Shown here: positions 27,790 to 36,774 of the stretch, piece after piece
Position numbering within the stretch: the stretch's first letter is position 1
How the letters are laid out: each line of letters opens with the position of its first letter
Assembly (NCBI GenBank): GCA_016187335.1
Contig: JACPJW010000001.1
Span: forward strand, 256,001 to 320,000
Length of the DNA stretch: 64,000 nucleotides
Direction of reading: 5' to 3'
DNA from: Candidatus Aenigmatarchaeota archaeon
Lineage (GTDB): Archaea; Aenigmatarchaeota; Aenigmatarchaeia; GW2011-AR5
Notes under the pieces: generated by a model
The model's database searches: none
Seen by the model: only the letters and a program-made list of their open reading frames with translations
Told to the model about the DNA's origin: nothing
Position numbers and translations under genes: made by a program

Positions 27790-28086
27790 GTGATAGCAAG
27801 CAACCAAAGACCCCTTAAAAAGCCCCAGAATATACAAAATATGATGGAACAAACAAAAATGTTGGTCTTCCCCAACAACTATATAGATAGAATCATAAAA
27901 CTCTCTGGAGCGACTGTAGAAAATAACCTCATAGTCTATCGGGGCAGACGAGTTAAGTGTGAAGGCTGTAAGAAGCCAATTGAAAGGAAACATCTCGGAA
28001 GCGTAATGTCTCATTCGGAGCACTTCTTCTGTGACAATCCAGCCTGTTTCTCATCGTTTGTTAGGAGATTCAAATTGAAGAAGTGA
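27790..28086 (+). CDS. Small Cys/His-rich putative zinc-binding protein
   Basis: CEGC...HFFCDNPAC. GTG start after GAGGAGG. Confidence 0.55.
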   Translation: MIASNQRPLKKPQNIQNMMEQTKMLVFPNNYIDRIIKLSGATVENNLIVYRGRRVKCEGCKKPIERKHLGSVMSHSEHFFCDNPACFSSFVRRFKLKK

Positions 28087-28090
28087 TTTC

Positions 28091-28984
28091 GTGACAGAAA
28101 CTACGCTTATTCAATATATTCTTGAAAATATCTGGAATATATTGATGGCTGTTGGTGCAATAGGGACATTAATAGCTTACATATATTTTGAACAAAAACA
28201 CAAAAATAGTCCTGAAGCAATGGCAGTCAAAATTCAAACTCAACAACAAGCTCAACAAATCCAAGAATACAAAACGAGTGAACCTATTGTCGTTGTCAAT
28301 ATACTTCCACCTGATGACAAGATAGCGAAGCAGTTACATAAAAAAGAGCTGTATGGTTATGTCAGAACTGACCAAGCTGAACAATACAGTGTAATAGCGT
28401 CGCCGTCTCTTGATTACCAACATATTATCATTACCTTGAAAGGGTTTGTACCTAATATTGATTTGGACAACATTCTTGTCGCTAGTGGAATTGCACAGGC
28501 TGACAAGAATAATGATAGCAAACTATCTCAACAACTCTATCGTAACATGAAAGACCGCTTTGGAATAAGAGGAATACAAATCTATAACAGATTGATATCT
28601 GATAATTTATTTGAAAAACGATTATTGCCGAAGCTTCAGGATTTAATGAAGCAATATCCAACTGCCGACATGAAGACCATTGAAAAAGTGTTTAGTGAAT
28701 ATTATGAAACATTTCTAACAAAATTGGCGGATGTTACGTGGGTATCAAAGCACCAGAAAGAAAGTATTATTAGACGAAATCTTACATCTGGAATAGAAAT
28801 GGTTCGTAAGGCAGAACTTGATGTATTCTTGGTTTTCGGGAAAGGAACAACAGTAATTGACCGTATAAGAATAATCGCTAATGAAATATTGCAGATGGTT
28901 GACGGATTAGAGATGAAAGAAATAGCAGAGACAAATATTGGTGGCGAACCAGCAAGAATGTTTAGGATATACAAGAAAGCTTAA
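28091..28984 (+). CDS. Hypothetical protein with an N-terminal TM helix
   Basis: 297-aa ORF with one hydrophobic segment near the N-terminus. Confidence 0.65.
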   Translation: MTETTLIQYILENIWNILMAVGAIGTLIAYIYFEQKHKNSPEAMAVKIQTQQQAQQIQEYKTSEPIVVVNILPPDDKIAKQLHKKELYGYVRTDQAEQYSVIASPSLDYQHIIITLKGFVPNIDLDNILVASGIAQADKNNDSKLSQQLYRNMKDRFGIRGIQIYNRLISDNLFEKRLLPKLQDLMKQYPTADMKTIEKVFSEYYETFLTKLADVTWVSKHQKESIIRRNLTSGIEMVRKAELDVFLVFGKGTTVIDRIRIIANEILQMVDGLEMKEIAETNIGGEPARMFRIYKKA

Positions 28985-29168
28985 TGAGTTCTCATTCTTT
29001 AGCCTTTTTCGCAGCATCCTGTAAAATATAAAAAACTTTTTCAAAATCGCCAGAATAAATAGTGAATGACTTGCTTTGCTTATTACTATTACATAGGCTT
29101 GCAAATTTCCAACCTTTAAATCGACAGCACGGAAGTACGATTAAATAACTTCTTTCTAAACTATTTCT

Positions 29169-29639
29169 ATGACAGAAATTATTTTTGGGTTAGACTTACT
29201 TGGCATTTTCAACTTAGTCGGCTCTTCTATAGCTATTTTTCTTGGAATATTAAAGATTACAGAATGGTTGGCTCGACCAAAAATAGAATTCGAAATTATA
29301 GATAAGGACTACGGTATATGGAAAGATGCTTGGCATTACATTTTTGCTAACATAAATATTATTAACATAGGTAAAAAAGATGCTCAAATAAAAAAAGTTG
29401 TATTTGAATTAACAGACCCGGAAGGTAAAAAGTTCACAAAAGAAATTCCAGAAAATTTTACTGTGTCTGCTGAAATGCCTGTAATGAAATATCAACGAGT
29501 GGACTTTACTCATACGCCAAAAGAGAAAACAGTGGGCAAGAAAACTACAAAAATAATCTACATAGATATACACAATAGAAAGTATACAGTTGATTTGGGT
29601 GAATTAGAATTTAGAGATTTCGAAAAATCAAATCCGTAA
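29169..29639 (+). CDS. Hypothetical protein, N-terminal TM plus beta-rich domain
   Basis: LGIFNLVGSSIAIFLGILKI hydrophobic segment followed by a beta-strand-like pattern. Confidence 0.6.
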   Translation: MTEIIFGLDLLGIFNLVGSSIAIFLGILKITEWLARPKIEFEIIDKDYGIWKDAWHYIFANINIINIGKKDAQIKKVVFELTDPEGKKFTKEIPENFTVSAEMPVMKYQRVDFTHTPKEKTVGKKTTKIIYIDIHNRKYTVDLGELEFRDFEKSNP

Positions 29640-29765
29640 TTTCTTTCTATATTTAACCTACATATCAACTCTTTGCAACAAACAGTCGATAATGTTATAA
29701 AAAGAAAGCATGTTAATCGAAAGCTTCTTATAACAGAGATATACATCACTTTGAGAGAAGATTAT

Positions 29766-29903
29766 ATGAAAACGATTAAAAAAGTAAGAGAAGAATACAA
29801 ATGTCCACATTGTCATGAAAAGAATCTATCATTTCAAGCTGAAAATGTACATTGTTGGAATTGTGATGCCGATTCTGACATTGGAATGAAGAAGTGGGAT
29901 TAA
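29766..29903 (+). CDS. Small zinc-ribbon protein
   Basis: CPHC...CWNC. Confidence 0.45.
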   Translation: MKTIKKVREEYKCPHCHEKNLSFQAENVHCWNCDADSDIGMKKWD

Positions 29904-29937
29904 TCAGTCATTTGGGACACCTAACTAATCAGTCGTA
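29903..29937 (+). repeat. Imperfect direct repeat, copy 2 (ATCAG..TTGGGACACCTA..AATCAGTCGTA)
   Basis: Matches 27582-27619. Confidence 0.6.
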
Positions 29938-29998
29938 CGTGGATTAGAAATCCAATAATCAATTAATTCTAACGCAATTTCTTCATCCATAGAATCAC

Positions 29999-30613
29999 TT
30001 ATTTACACTCGTCCTCTGTTTCATTAAAAATACAAAAAGAAATATTTGTATAGTAAGTTTTCTGGCAAAGAGTGCAATAAAAATGGATAGGTATAGTTAT
30101 GTTTCCCAATGGCACTATTTCTTTTTTGCATGAACTGTCTACTGAAGTGGAACAATAGTATATGCCTAAAGTTGTACAATTTCCTTCATGTGAAGGTATG
30201 TTACCAAAATAACTTGACAATACATTTACATAGAAATTAGTATCGGCATTATAGTAAATGCTTATAGGTCCTGTAGAAGTTTTACCTTCGTTTCTGAAAC
30301 ATATATCTGTATAAACCCAATCTTTTCTTCCTTCTTCTGTAATAAATCTGGTATTAGAATAATTATGATAGGAACCTGACTGCCAGATTGATAAATAAGG
30401 ACCTTCTAAGAGGGTTTCTCTTTCTAACAAATCATTTTGAGTTTTGACTAATTTATTTTGAGAATTAACTAGTTTATTTTGAGAGTCAACCAGCAACCAT
30501 GTGAAAATTGCAACGCCTATTGTTGCAATTGCTAAGATTATAGTAGCAATAGACAGTAGTTGTGTCCAGAATAGTTTTTTTCCTCTTTCTTCTCTTAGAT
30601 TTTTTATTTTCAT
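29999..30613 (-). CDS. Hypothetical membrane-anchored Cys-containing extracellular protein
   Basis: TM helix, short coiled-coil repeat (NKLVNSQ NKLVKTQ), several Cys and N-glycosylation sequons. Confidence 0.65.
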   Translation of the reverse strand: MKIKNLREERGKKLFWTQLLSIATIILAIATIGVAIFTWLLVDSQNKLVNSQNKLVKTQNDLLERETLLEGPYLSIWQSGSYHNYSNTRFITEEGRKDWVYTDICFRNEGKTSTGPISIYYNADTNFYVNVLSSYFGNIPSHEGNCTTLGIYYCSTSVDSSCKKEIVPLGNITIPIHFYCTLCQKTYYTNISFCIFNETEDECK

Positions 30614-30703
30614 CAGATATTATATGTCGGGTAAGTTTTAAGCCAACTCTAGGGCGTGTTGCATACCGACGGATTTTAAATCCCTTCCACGTTTATGTAA
30701 TTC

Positions 30704-31366
30704 ATGCGCCTCGCGACCAACACGCCTTTGGACAAGCTCCTTGACGGCGGCATAGAGGACGACGTTATCACGAACGTCTACGGGCCCGCGGGCTCCGGCA
30801 AGACGAACATAGCGATTGCTGCAGCAATAAATTGCTCGAAAAAAGTAGTTTATCTGGATACCGAGGGCTCGTTTTCTCTGGAAAGGTTCGAGCAGCTTGG
30901 CGGCAGGAACCTGAAGAACATCATGCTCATCAACGTCCACGCATGGAAGGAGCAGTGCGAAGCCGTGGCAGGAATGGAGAAATTAGCCGAGAAGGGCGAC
31001 GTGGGGCTTGTTGTTGTTGATTCGCTTGTTGCTTTGTACCGCCTGGAGCTCACTGACAGGAACTACCAGACAATCAACAAGCAGCTGGCAACGCAGTATT
31101 CTGTCCTTTCCAAAATAGCCAGAAAATTCCATGTGCCCGTTCTTGTGACGAACCAGGTTTACAGCGCCGGCGACGAGATAGAGCTGACGTCCCGGGCGAT
31201 AGCAAAGTACTGGAGCAAGGCTTTGGTTGAATTGCGCAAGCTGGAAAAGGAGAACGTGCGCTTAGCAATTCTTAGGAAGCATAGGTCGCTTCCAGAAGGC
31301 AGGAAGATAGAGTTCGAGATAACCGGCAGCGGCATGAAGGCTCTGGGGAAGTTCTCTATATTTTGA
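30704..31366 (+). CDS. radB: DNA repair and recombination protein RadB
   Basis: YGPAGSGKTN, YLDTEG, VVDS, VTNQV and the RadB-specific KHR motif (LRKHRS). Confidence 0.92.
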   Translation: MRLATNTPLDKLLDGGIEDDVITNVYGPAGSGKTNIAIAAAINCSKKVVYLDTEGSFSLERFEQLGGRNLKNIMLINVHAWKEQCEAVAGMEKLAEKGDVGLVVVDSLVALYRLELTDRNYQTINKQLATQYSVLSKIARKFHVPVLVTNQVYSAGDEIELTSRAIAKYWSKALVELRKLEKENVRLAILRKHRSLPEGRKIEFEITGSGMKALGKFSIF

Positions 31367-31408
31367 AGGGAAAGGAAGACCGGGTTGGCTTAATTAATTC
31401 AGCGTATC

Positions 31409-31795
31409 TCATTCCCATAATTTTATTTCTTTAACCCTTAAGAAATCGGCTTTGTTATCGGTAATTATTTCCAAATCATTCAGGATAGCTGTTGCAGCAA
31501 TAAGAATGTCGAAGTTGCCTATGAGTTTGCCTTCTTTTCTCAGATTATTTCTTATCTCGCCGAATTTCTGGCATATTTCTATATCTATTTCAAGGACAGT
31601 AACGCCGCTCAGAAAATCATCCAATGCGTTCATCGCCTTTTCTTTGTTTTTGGATTCTGCAATTCCTTAGTAAATTTCTGCAAGAGAAATTATGCTTACG
31701 TAAAGGCCCCTTTCAAAGAGGGATTGAAGGGCACCAACGGATTTATCCTTACCTTTCAGGTAGTCAATAATCCAGTCGGTATCGACCAAATACAT
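31409..31795 (-). pseudogene. vapC: VapC (PIN-domain) toxin with an internal stop
   Basis: MYLVDTDWIIDYL...SIISLAEIY*GI...FDILIAATAI...TDNKADF. TAA at 31667-31669 where Glu (GAA) is expected. Confidence 0.8.
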
Positions 31796-31983
31796 CAGAA
31801 TTCCTTTTCTATAATCTTTCTGGAAGAGTAAATCTTTTTCTTCAGTTTTTCCGCATTGACGTTTTTCCAGGAACCTGCTGCCTTTACAAAGCGTGATTTA
31901 GAACGGGAAGTGTATAATCTTCTCTTAACTGTTTTGATTCCATTTCTTAGTTTTGCACCTATTTTTACAACCATACCAACCAT
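31795..31983 (-). CDS. Putative VapB antitoxin
   Basis: 62 aa, AAGSWKNVNAEKLKKKIYSSR. Its stop overlaps the vapC start (TGATG). Confidence 0.65.
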   Translation of the reverse strand: MVGMVVKIGAKLRNGIKTVKRRLYTSRSKSRFVKAAGSWKNVNAEKLKKKIYSSRKIIEKEF

Positions 31984-32128
31984 TAATTTATTAAGAAAAG
32001 AGGGTATTTATAGGTTTGATTTTTGAGAAAGCCAAGCTCGTTCATATTTCAGCTTTATGGGTTAGTGGGGGCGGCGGGCTGGTTTCCGACTTTTAATACC
32101 CTCAGAGCCAATTATATCCAGATACGGC

Positions 32129-32437
32129 ATGAAAAAGAGTCTTGAAAGGCTCACGAGGATGTCCTTTGTTCTGCTCATCTTATTTGTCATATTCCTCCTT
32201 GTGGCTGTTTTCAACGTGTTCCTGAAAAGCCTGCCGCTGGTTGTTTCCATATCAATTCTCATCGTCGCCGTTGCCGTGACAATCCTTACATTAGGGGAGA
32301 TAGAGGGCTTCCTGCTTTTCGTCGCCGCGATAATCGTTGCCGTCGTCTTCATTCTTACTTTCAATTTAGAATTCACGCTGACGTCCTCGGCTGTCATAAT
32401 CGGCGCCATAGTCGTGCTGATAACTTTAGTGTCGTAA
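32129..32437 (+). CDS. Small hydrophobic membrane protein
   Basis: Almost entirely hydrophobic, about 4 TM. Confidence 0.6.
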   Translation: MKKSLERLTRMSFVLLILFVIFLLVAVFNVFLKSLPLVVSISILIVAVAVTILTLGEIEGFLLFVAAIIVAVVFILTFNLEFTLTSSAVIIGAIVVLITLVS

Positions 32438-32567
32438 GAATAATGGAATAGCTGCCTAGAGCCCGGAAATGCTTGATGCAGGCGCTTGGCGGACTTCGTT
32501 CTGTTGTGAAAAAGCGAGTTGCTGAGTTCAGTATTTAAGAGTAGTGTGGATATTTCTAAAAGATTTT

Positions 32568-32852
32568 ATGGTGTTCCACAAAATCCTGTCGTTTGCAGAC
32601 ATGGTAGCAGCCGCGATAATCATTCTGTACCTGGTGAAGTTCCTGCCGCTGGCGCTCGTGAAGGACGTTGCCTTCTATTTGATAATCAAGGGAGCGGTCT
32701 TCCTGCTTTTTTCCAGGGACTTTGCCAGCTCTGTTGACGTCGTTTTCGGGATTTATTTATTAATACTCGCCTCGGGGATATATACAAGCAATTTCATAAC
32801 AATTCTTGCAGCAGTATGGCTCCTGCAAAAGTCTGTATTCGGGTTGATGTGA
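32568..32852 (+). CDS. Small hydrophobic membrane protein
   Basis: About 3-4 TM. Start set at MVFHK. Confidence 0.6.
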   Translation: MVFHKILSFADMVAAAIIILYLVKFLPLALVKDVAFYLIIKGAVFLLFSRDFASSVDVVFGIYLLILASGIYTSNFITILAAVWLLQKSVFGLM

Positions 32853-32876
32853 AAGTAATAAAACGGTGATTGGCAA

Positions 32877-32984
32877 ATGTCGGCAATGGCATCGGATTCG
32901 GTAATAGTCGCCTCAATGGTGGCGCTGATAATCCTGGGAGCGCTTTCCGTGGGGCTTTTTGTCAAGCTTGCCGCAGGGCTTTAG
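32877..32984 (+). CDS. 35-aa single-TM peptide
   Basis: MSAMASDSVIVASMVALIILGALSVGLFVKLAAGL, with a GGTGA ribosome-binding site upstream. Confidence 0.45.
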   Translation: MSAMASDSVIVASMVALIILGALSVGLFVKLAAGL

Positions 32985-33646
32985 GCCACCGGCTCCAGAA
33001 CCTTCAGCACGATTCCTTTTCCTGCCAGGGCTTTTGCTAAGGGCGAAATATCGTTGTCCAGCTGCAGCCCGTACTTGTCTGACCTGTAATGCATAGGAAT
33101 GAGAAATTTGGGCTTTATCACCGCCGCGGCTTCTCCAGCCTCGGACGCCGTCATGGTGTAAGTCCCCCCGACAGGCATCAGGGCGGCGTCAATCCTGTGC
33201 AGTTCATGCATCTCCGTTATGTTGTCCGTGTCGCCGGCGTGATAGATTCTTTTTCCGTCTATCTCAACAACAAAGCCCAGCCCGGCGCCCTTCGGATGGA
33301 AAGGCATGTCCGGCGACCTGAATTTGTCCACATTGTAAGCGGGAACAGCTTCCACCTCGATGCCATGCTTGTAAACGTCGCCCGGTTTCATGACAACCTG
33401 GGCTTGTATTTTTTCCGCAGCAGCCTTTGAAGAAATTATTATGGTGCTGTCCTTTCTTACCTGCTTTATCTTCTCCGCATCGCAGTGGTCGTAGTGGTCG
33501 TGCGTTACCAAGATATAGTCGGCTTTTTCCGGGCTGCTCGGCAGGACGAAGGGGTCTATGTAGATTACCTTGCTGCCCTTTATCAGAAAGGAAGCGTGCC
33601 CGAGCCATGTTATTTCTACGTTATCAAGAACGAGTGTGCTTGGCAT
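32981..33646 (-). CDS. MBL-fold metallo-hydrolase
   Basis: WLGHAS, THDHYDH, YHAGDT and IPMHY. Confidence 0.9.
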   Translation of the reverse strand: MPSTLVLDNVEITWLGHASFLIKGSKVIYIDPFVLPSSPEKADYILVTHDHYDHCDAEKIKQVRKDSTIIISSKAAAEKIQAQVVMKPGDVYKHGIEVEAVPAYNVDKFRSPDMPFHPKGAGLGFVVEIDGKRIYHAGDTDNITEMHELHRIDAALMPVGGTYTMTASEAGEAAAVIKPKFLIPMHYRSDKYGLQLDNDISPLAKALAGKGIVLKVLEPVA

Positions 33647-33686
33647 AGTAAGAATAAGTCACGAACGTTTAAAAATCAGAATAATT

Positions 33687-34163
33687 TCAAATTTTCCTTT
33701 TCCTTAGTTTATTCATAGCTACCTTTGCCTGTGCCGCACTAGTCATTTCAAAAATCAAGGGATCGTTATAAAAATCTAAAATTGACTTCTTTTCGAGGTA
33801 TTCCTTTAGAACAAACCAAAAAAGCAAAACAAACAATATTCCAGATATTATAAGAGTCTGCATATAATATCCTTTTTCGATAAGATAAAGCGACGTCAAA
33901 GACGAAATAAGACTTCCCAAGACACCAATCGTTATACCCATAAGAAGAAATTTTATTTCTTTTAATTTTTGTTCGTGTTCATGTGCATACAATTTTGAAT
34001 GAACTCTTGACATCTCAAGCAATTCTTTGGGCACGCCTTCTTGTATTTTTTCAATAACCTTTTTGATATCTGCCTCAACTTCTGTAAGATGCATTGATTT
34101 CTTGGTTATAAACCGCATTGCTATTCTTGTGAAAAATCCAAGTTTTTTCGGTTTCTTATCCAT
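33687..34163 (-). CDS. Hypothetical membrane protein (2 TM)
   Basis: Two hydrophobic helices. AT-richer than its neighbours. Confidence 0.55.
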   Translation of the reverse strand: MDKKPKKLGFFTRIAMRFITKKSMHLTEVEADIKKVIEKIQEGVPKELLEMSRVHSKLYAHEHEQKLKEIKFLLMGITIGVLGSLISSLTSLYLIEKGYYMQTLIISGILFVLLFWFVLKEYLEKKSILDFYNDPLIFEMTSAAQAKVAMNKLRKRKI

Positions 34164-34199
34164 AAAATACCTCGATAAAGAAGTTCTACAGTTACTTCT

Positions 34200-36398
34200 T
34201 CACTTTTCCGCTTTTGCTTCGGCCTTGTGGCTTTTCATGTGCAGCGTTAAGGCGCGCTGCGAGCTGTAGCTTTTGCTGCACACCTCGCACTTCAACTGCT
34301 GCGCAAGCTTGGACGCCTTTCTGCTGTCCGCCTGGACCTGCTTTAATTTCTTCTTGTCCAGCCATTCCTTCTTCGTCGGGCAGTTGGGGTCAAGGCACAT
34401 CCTGAAAGGCCGCCTTCCGGGCACGCTGACCTGAATCATCGGCGTCTTGCATTCCTCGCATACCTTGTCCAGAGCCATTATCGTTCCCTCGCGCGGCAGC
34501 GGAAATCCCGTCCTGCACCCTTTCTTGTATCCCGTGCATCCGACGAAGCGCTTCTTTGTTCTCCATGACTTGTGCACCTTCAGCGTGCCTCCGCATTCCC
34601 TGCATGTTCCGAGGATGCTCTGCTTGTCCTGCGTTGCGATGACGGCATTGGTCAGTTCCTCGCCGATTTTCTTTTCCTTTTTTCTGAATTCTTCGGATAT
34701 CTTTATCAGACGCTTCTTCGAGTCTTCAACAACGTCTTCCCTTTTCATCTTCCCTTCCTGCACAGCTTCCGTAGATTCCTCAAAATGCCTGGTAAGCTTT
34801 TCAGAAACTACATCAGGTATGTTCTTCTCCAGGATTTCCGCCAGCTGCATGCCCAGCTCGGTTACTTCAATGCTTTTTCCGATGAGATATCCTCGGTCGT
34901 ATAGTATCTGCAGAATATTCGCACGTGTTGCCTGGGTTCCCAAGCCGGCTTGTTCCATTGCCTTGAGAACTGAGCCTTGCGAGTATCGGGGCGGCGGCTG
35001 CGTTTCCTTTTCCGCCTGCTGGACATCCTTTATGGCAAGCTTGTCGCCAACGTGTATTTCAGGGAGTATTACTTCTTCCCGGCCGGCGTATTTGCCGTAA
35101 AGCGCCGTCCATCCAGGCTCTATTGTCTTCGTCCCGCGCAAAAAGAAATCTTCTCCGTTGGCGTCCAGTTTTACGTTCATGAACTCCCTTTTTGCCGGGT
35201 CGCCGAAAACCGCTAAAAATCTTCTTACAACTAAATCATACACTTTCATCTGCTTGTCCCCCAGTTTTTTGTACAAGCCCGTCGGATAGATAGCCGGGTG
35301 CGCCGCTGAGGTTGCCTTTCCTGACGTCGGCTTCAGCTCCTTTCTGCCCAGAAGGAATCCCGTGTCCTTGCTGTAAGCCGGCTGTTTTGCCAGAGACGAC
35401 AGGATTTTCTTGTAGTTGATGTCCGGCGGCAGCTGCTGGCTTCCTGTTCTGGGATAAGAAATAATCCCTGCCTGATAAAGCGATTCCGCTATGCTCAGGC
35501 CCTGCTGCGGGGAATATCCGAAGTAGCGGTAGATGTCCGCAAGGAACGCCGTGGTATTGTAAGGCACAGGCGGCTTCTGCGTCATTAATTTCTTTTTGAT
35601 GTCCTTTACAGCGGCAGAAGCTGTTTTTGCTTTCTTCAAGATGCTGTCGGCTTCGCCCCTGCTCCATATCTTGTCCTTGGCGTGCATCGCCTTGAGTCCG
35701 CCTTTCAGTTCAAGCGTTATTTCCCAGAAAGGCTTCGGCTTGAAAGCGCGCACCTTCTTTTCGTGTTTCGCGAGCATGTGAAGAACCGGGCCCTGGACGC
35801 GCCCCGTGGAAAGTATCCTGAACCTTTTTGCCGCTGCTTTTATGGAAAGCGTCAGCGCGCGGGTAAGGTTTATGCCCCACATGTTGTCCAGATAATGACG
35901 GGTCAGGCCGGATTCTATCTGGCTGAAGTCCAGGTGCTTTAGCGGCTTTTCATAGCTTTCCAGCAGCTCTTCCTTTGTCATCGTGCTGAATTTCATGCGT
36001 AGCGCGTCGTTCCTGTTGCACAAAAACCGCAAAATATTGTAGCCGATGACGCTGCCCTCGTCGTCATAGTCCGTGCAGACGATGTATTCGTCGCCGTTTC
36101 CTACGACCTTCTGCACGACGTCAAAATATTTCTTGCTGAACATCGCCGTCCTTGTTGCCTGGAAAGAAGGAATCCATTCAACGTCAAAAACAGGATAAGT
36201 CCATCCCCTGCCTTTCTGCTTTAACGTGAACAAATGGCCGACAGCCGCGACTACCACGTGGTTTTTTCCGCCTTTCCTGAACTCGTAATAGCGCACTTTC
36301 TGCTCGTTCTCGTGCGTTTTCATTGAGCCCTTGTCGGCAAGCGCCTCGGCTATCGCTTTCGCGGCGCTGGGCTTCTCCGCTATCATCACTATTGTCAT
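34200..36398 (-). CDS. topA: Type IA DNA topoisomerase with C-terminal Zn ribbons and a C2H2 finger
   Basis: IAEKP and TDYDDEG (TOPRIM), TGRVQ, ISYPRT catalytic Tyr. Start at MTIVMIAEKP. Confidence 0.93.
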   Translation of the reverse strand: MTIVMIAEKPSAAKAIAEALADKGSMKTHENEQKVRYYEFRKGGKNHVVVAAVGHLFTLKQKGRGWTYPVFDVEWIPSFQATRTAMFSKKYFDVVQKVVGNGDEYIVCTDYDDEGSVIGYNILRFLCNRNDALRMKFSTMTKEELLESYEKPLKHLDFSQIESGLTRHYLDNMWGINLTRALTLSIKAAAKRFRILSTGRVQGPVLHMLAKHEKKVRAFKPKPFWEITLELKGGLKAMHAKDKIWSRGEADSILKKAKTASAAVKDIKKKLMTQKPPVPYNTTAFLADIYRYFGYSPQQGLSIAESLYQAGIISYPRTGSQQLPPDINYKKILSSLAKQPAYSKDTGFLLGRKELKPTSGKATSAAHPAIYPTGLYKKLGDKQMKVYDLVVRRFLAVFGDPAKREFMNVKLDANGEDFFLRGTKTIEPGWTALYGKYAGREEVILPEIHVGDKLAIKDVQQAEKETQPPPRYSQGSVLKAMEQAGLGTQATRANILQILYDRGYLIGKSIEVTELGMQLAEILEKNIPDVVSEKLTRHFEESTEAVQEGKMKREDVVEDSKKRLIKISEEFRKKEKKIGEELTNAVIATQDKQSILGTCRECGGTLKVHKSWRTKKRFVGCTGYKKGCRTGFPLPREGTIMALDKVCEECKTPMIQVSVPGRRPFRMCLDPNCPTKKEWLDKKKLKQVQADSRKASKLAQQLKCEVCSKSYSSQRALTLHMKSHKAEAKAEK

Positions 36399-36614
36399 TT
36401 TGAAAACCTCGTTACAGATTGAAGTTGCAAAGCAACTTCGGTTTGCTTTACAAAAGAAATGTTCTTTATTTTGATTGGACATTTCATTTTGAAACACCTG
36501 GACAGAATTTAATCCGGCCTGTATTCAGGAAGAATTTAGAAAAACACTTCATCGCTTTACAGCTCCACTGTCCTTTTAATATAGGAGAAAAGGTTTAAAT
36601 CGTTAAAGTCCCTT

Positions 36615-36770
36615 TCACGCCTTCGTTACAAGGTCGTCTATGATGTCAATGATGACGGCGAAAAGAAACCAGTTAACGGTAAACTTCACTCCCATCATCA
36701 GTACGAGAAGGATGTAAAGTATCGTTGCAGTCGGGAACGACCCTATGAATTTCAGCAGGAATTTCTTCAT
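36615..36770 (-). CDS. 51-aa membrane peptide
   Basis: MKKFLLKFIGSFPTATILYILLVLMMGVKFTVNWFLFAVIIDIIDDLVTKA, directly after serS on the same strand. Confidence 0.5.
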   Translation of the reverse strand: MKKFLLKFIGSFPTATILYILLVLMMGVKFTVNWFLFAVIIDIIDDLVTKA

Positions 36771-36774
36771 TGAA

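Larger units (their letters stand above)
26012..30665. mobile_element. AT-rich mosaic genomic island
   Basis: Visibly AT-richer than its flanks. Contains HicAB, a transposase remnant, orphan ORFs and repeated IS-end-like motifs. Confidence 0.7.

Noticed and set aside
26697-30665. A single intact composite transposon bounded by 26697-26710 and 30651-30665
   Set aside because: By analogy to IS26 these ends face outward, no target-site duplication is visible and the transposase is only a stump; a mosaic of remnants fits better.
1157-31669. Stop-codon reassignment suggested by the in-frame TAG (NUDIX) and TAA (vapC)
   Set aside because: The stops differ, each is one substitution from the expected codon (TGG, GAA), and many intact genes here end normally at TAG or TAA.
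32066-32090. TGGGGGCGGCGGG resembling a minus-strand tRNA 3' end
   Set aside because: No T-loop, no matching 5' T-stem and no 5' acceptor strand found nearby; a split-tRNA partner outside the window cannot be excluded.
36421-36439. Palindrome GAAGTTGC-AAA-GCAACTTC upstream of topA as an ncRNA
   Set aside because: An isolated hairpin with no other supporting boxes or copies recognised.
36399-36497. 33-aa N-terminal extension of topA, and similar extensions of 1270-1980, 19186-20127 and 38730-39296
   Set aside because: Family motifs start at downstream ATGs, and the extensions overlap neighbouring genes or promoter and hairpin DNA.
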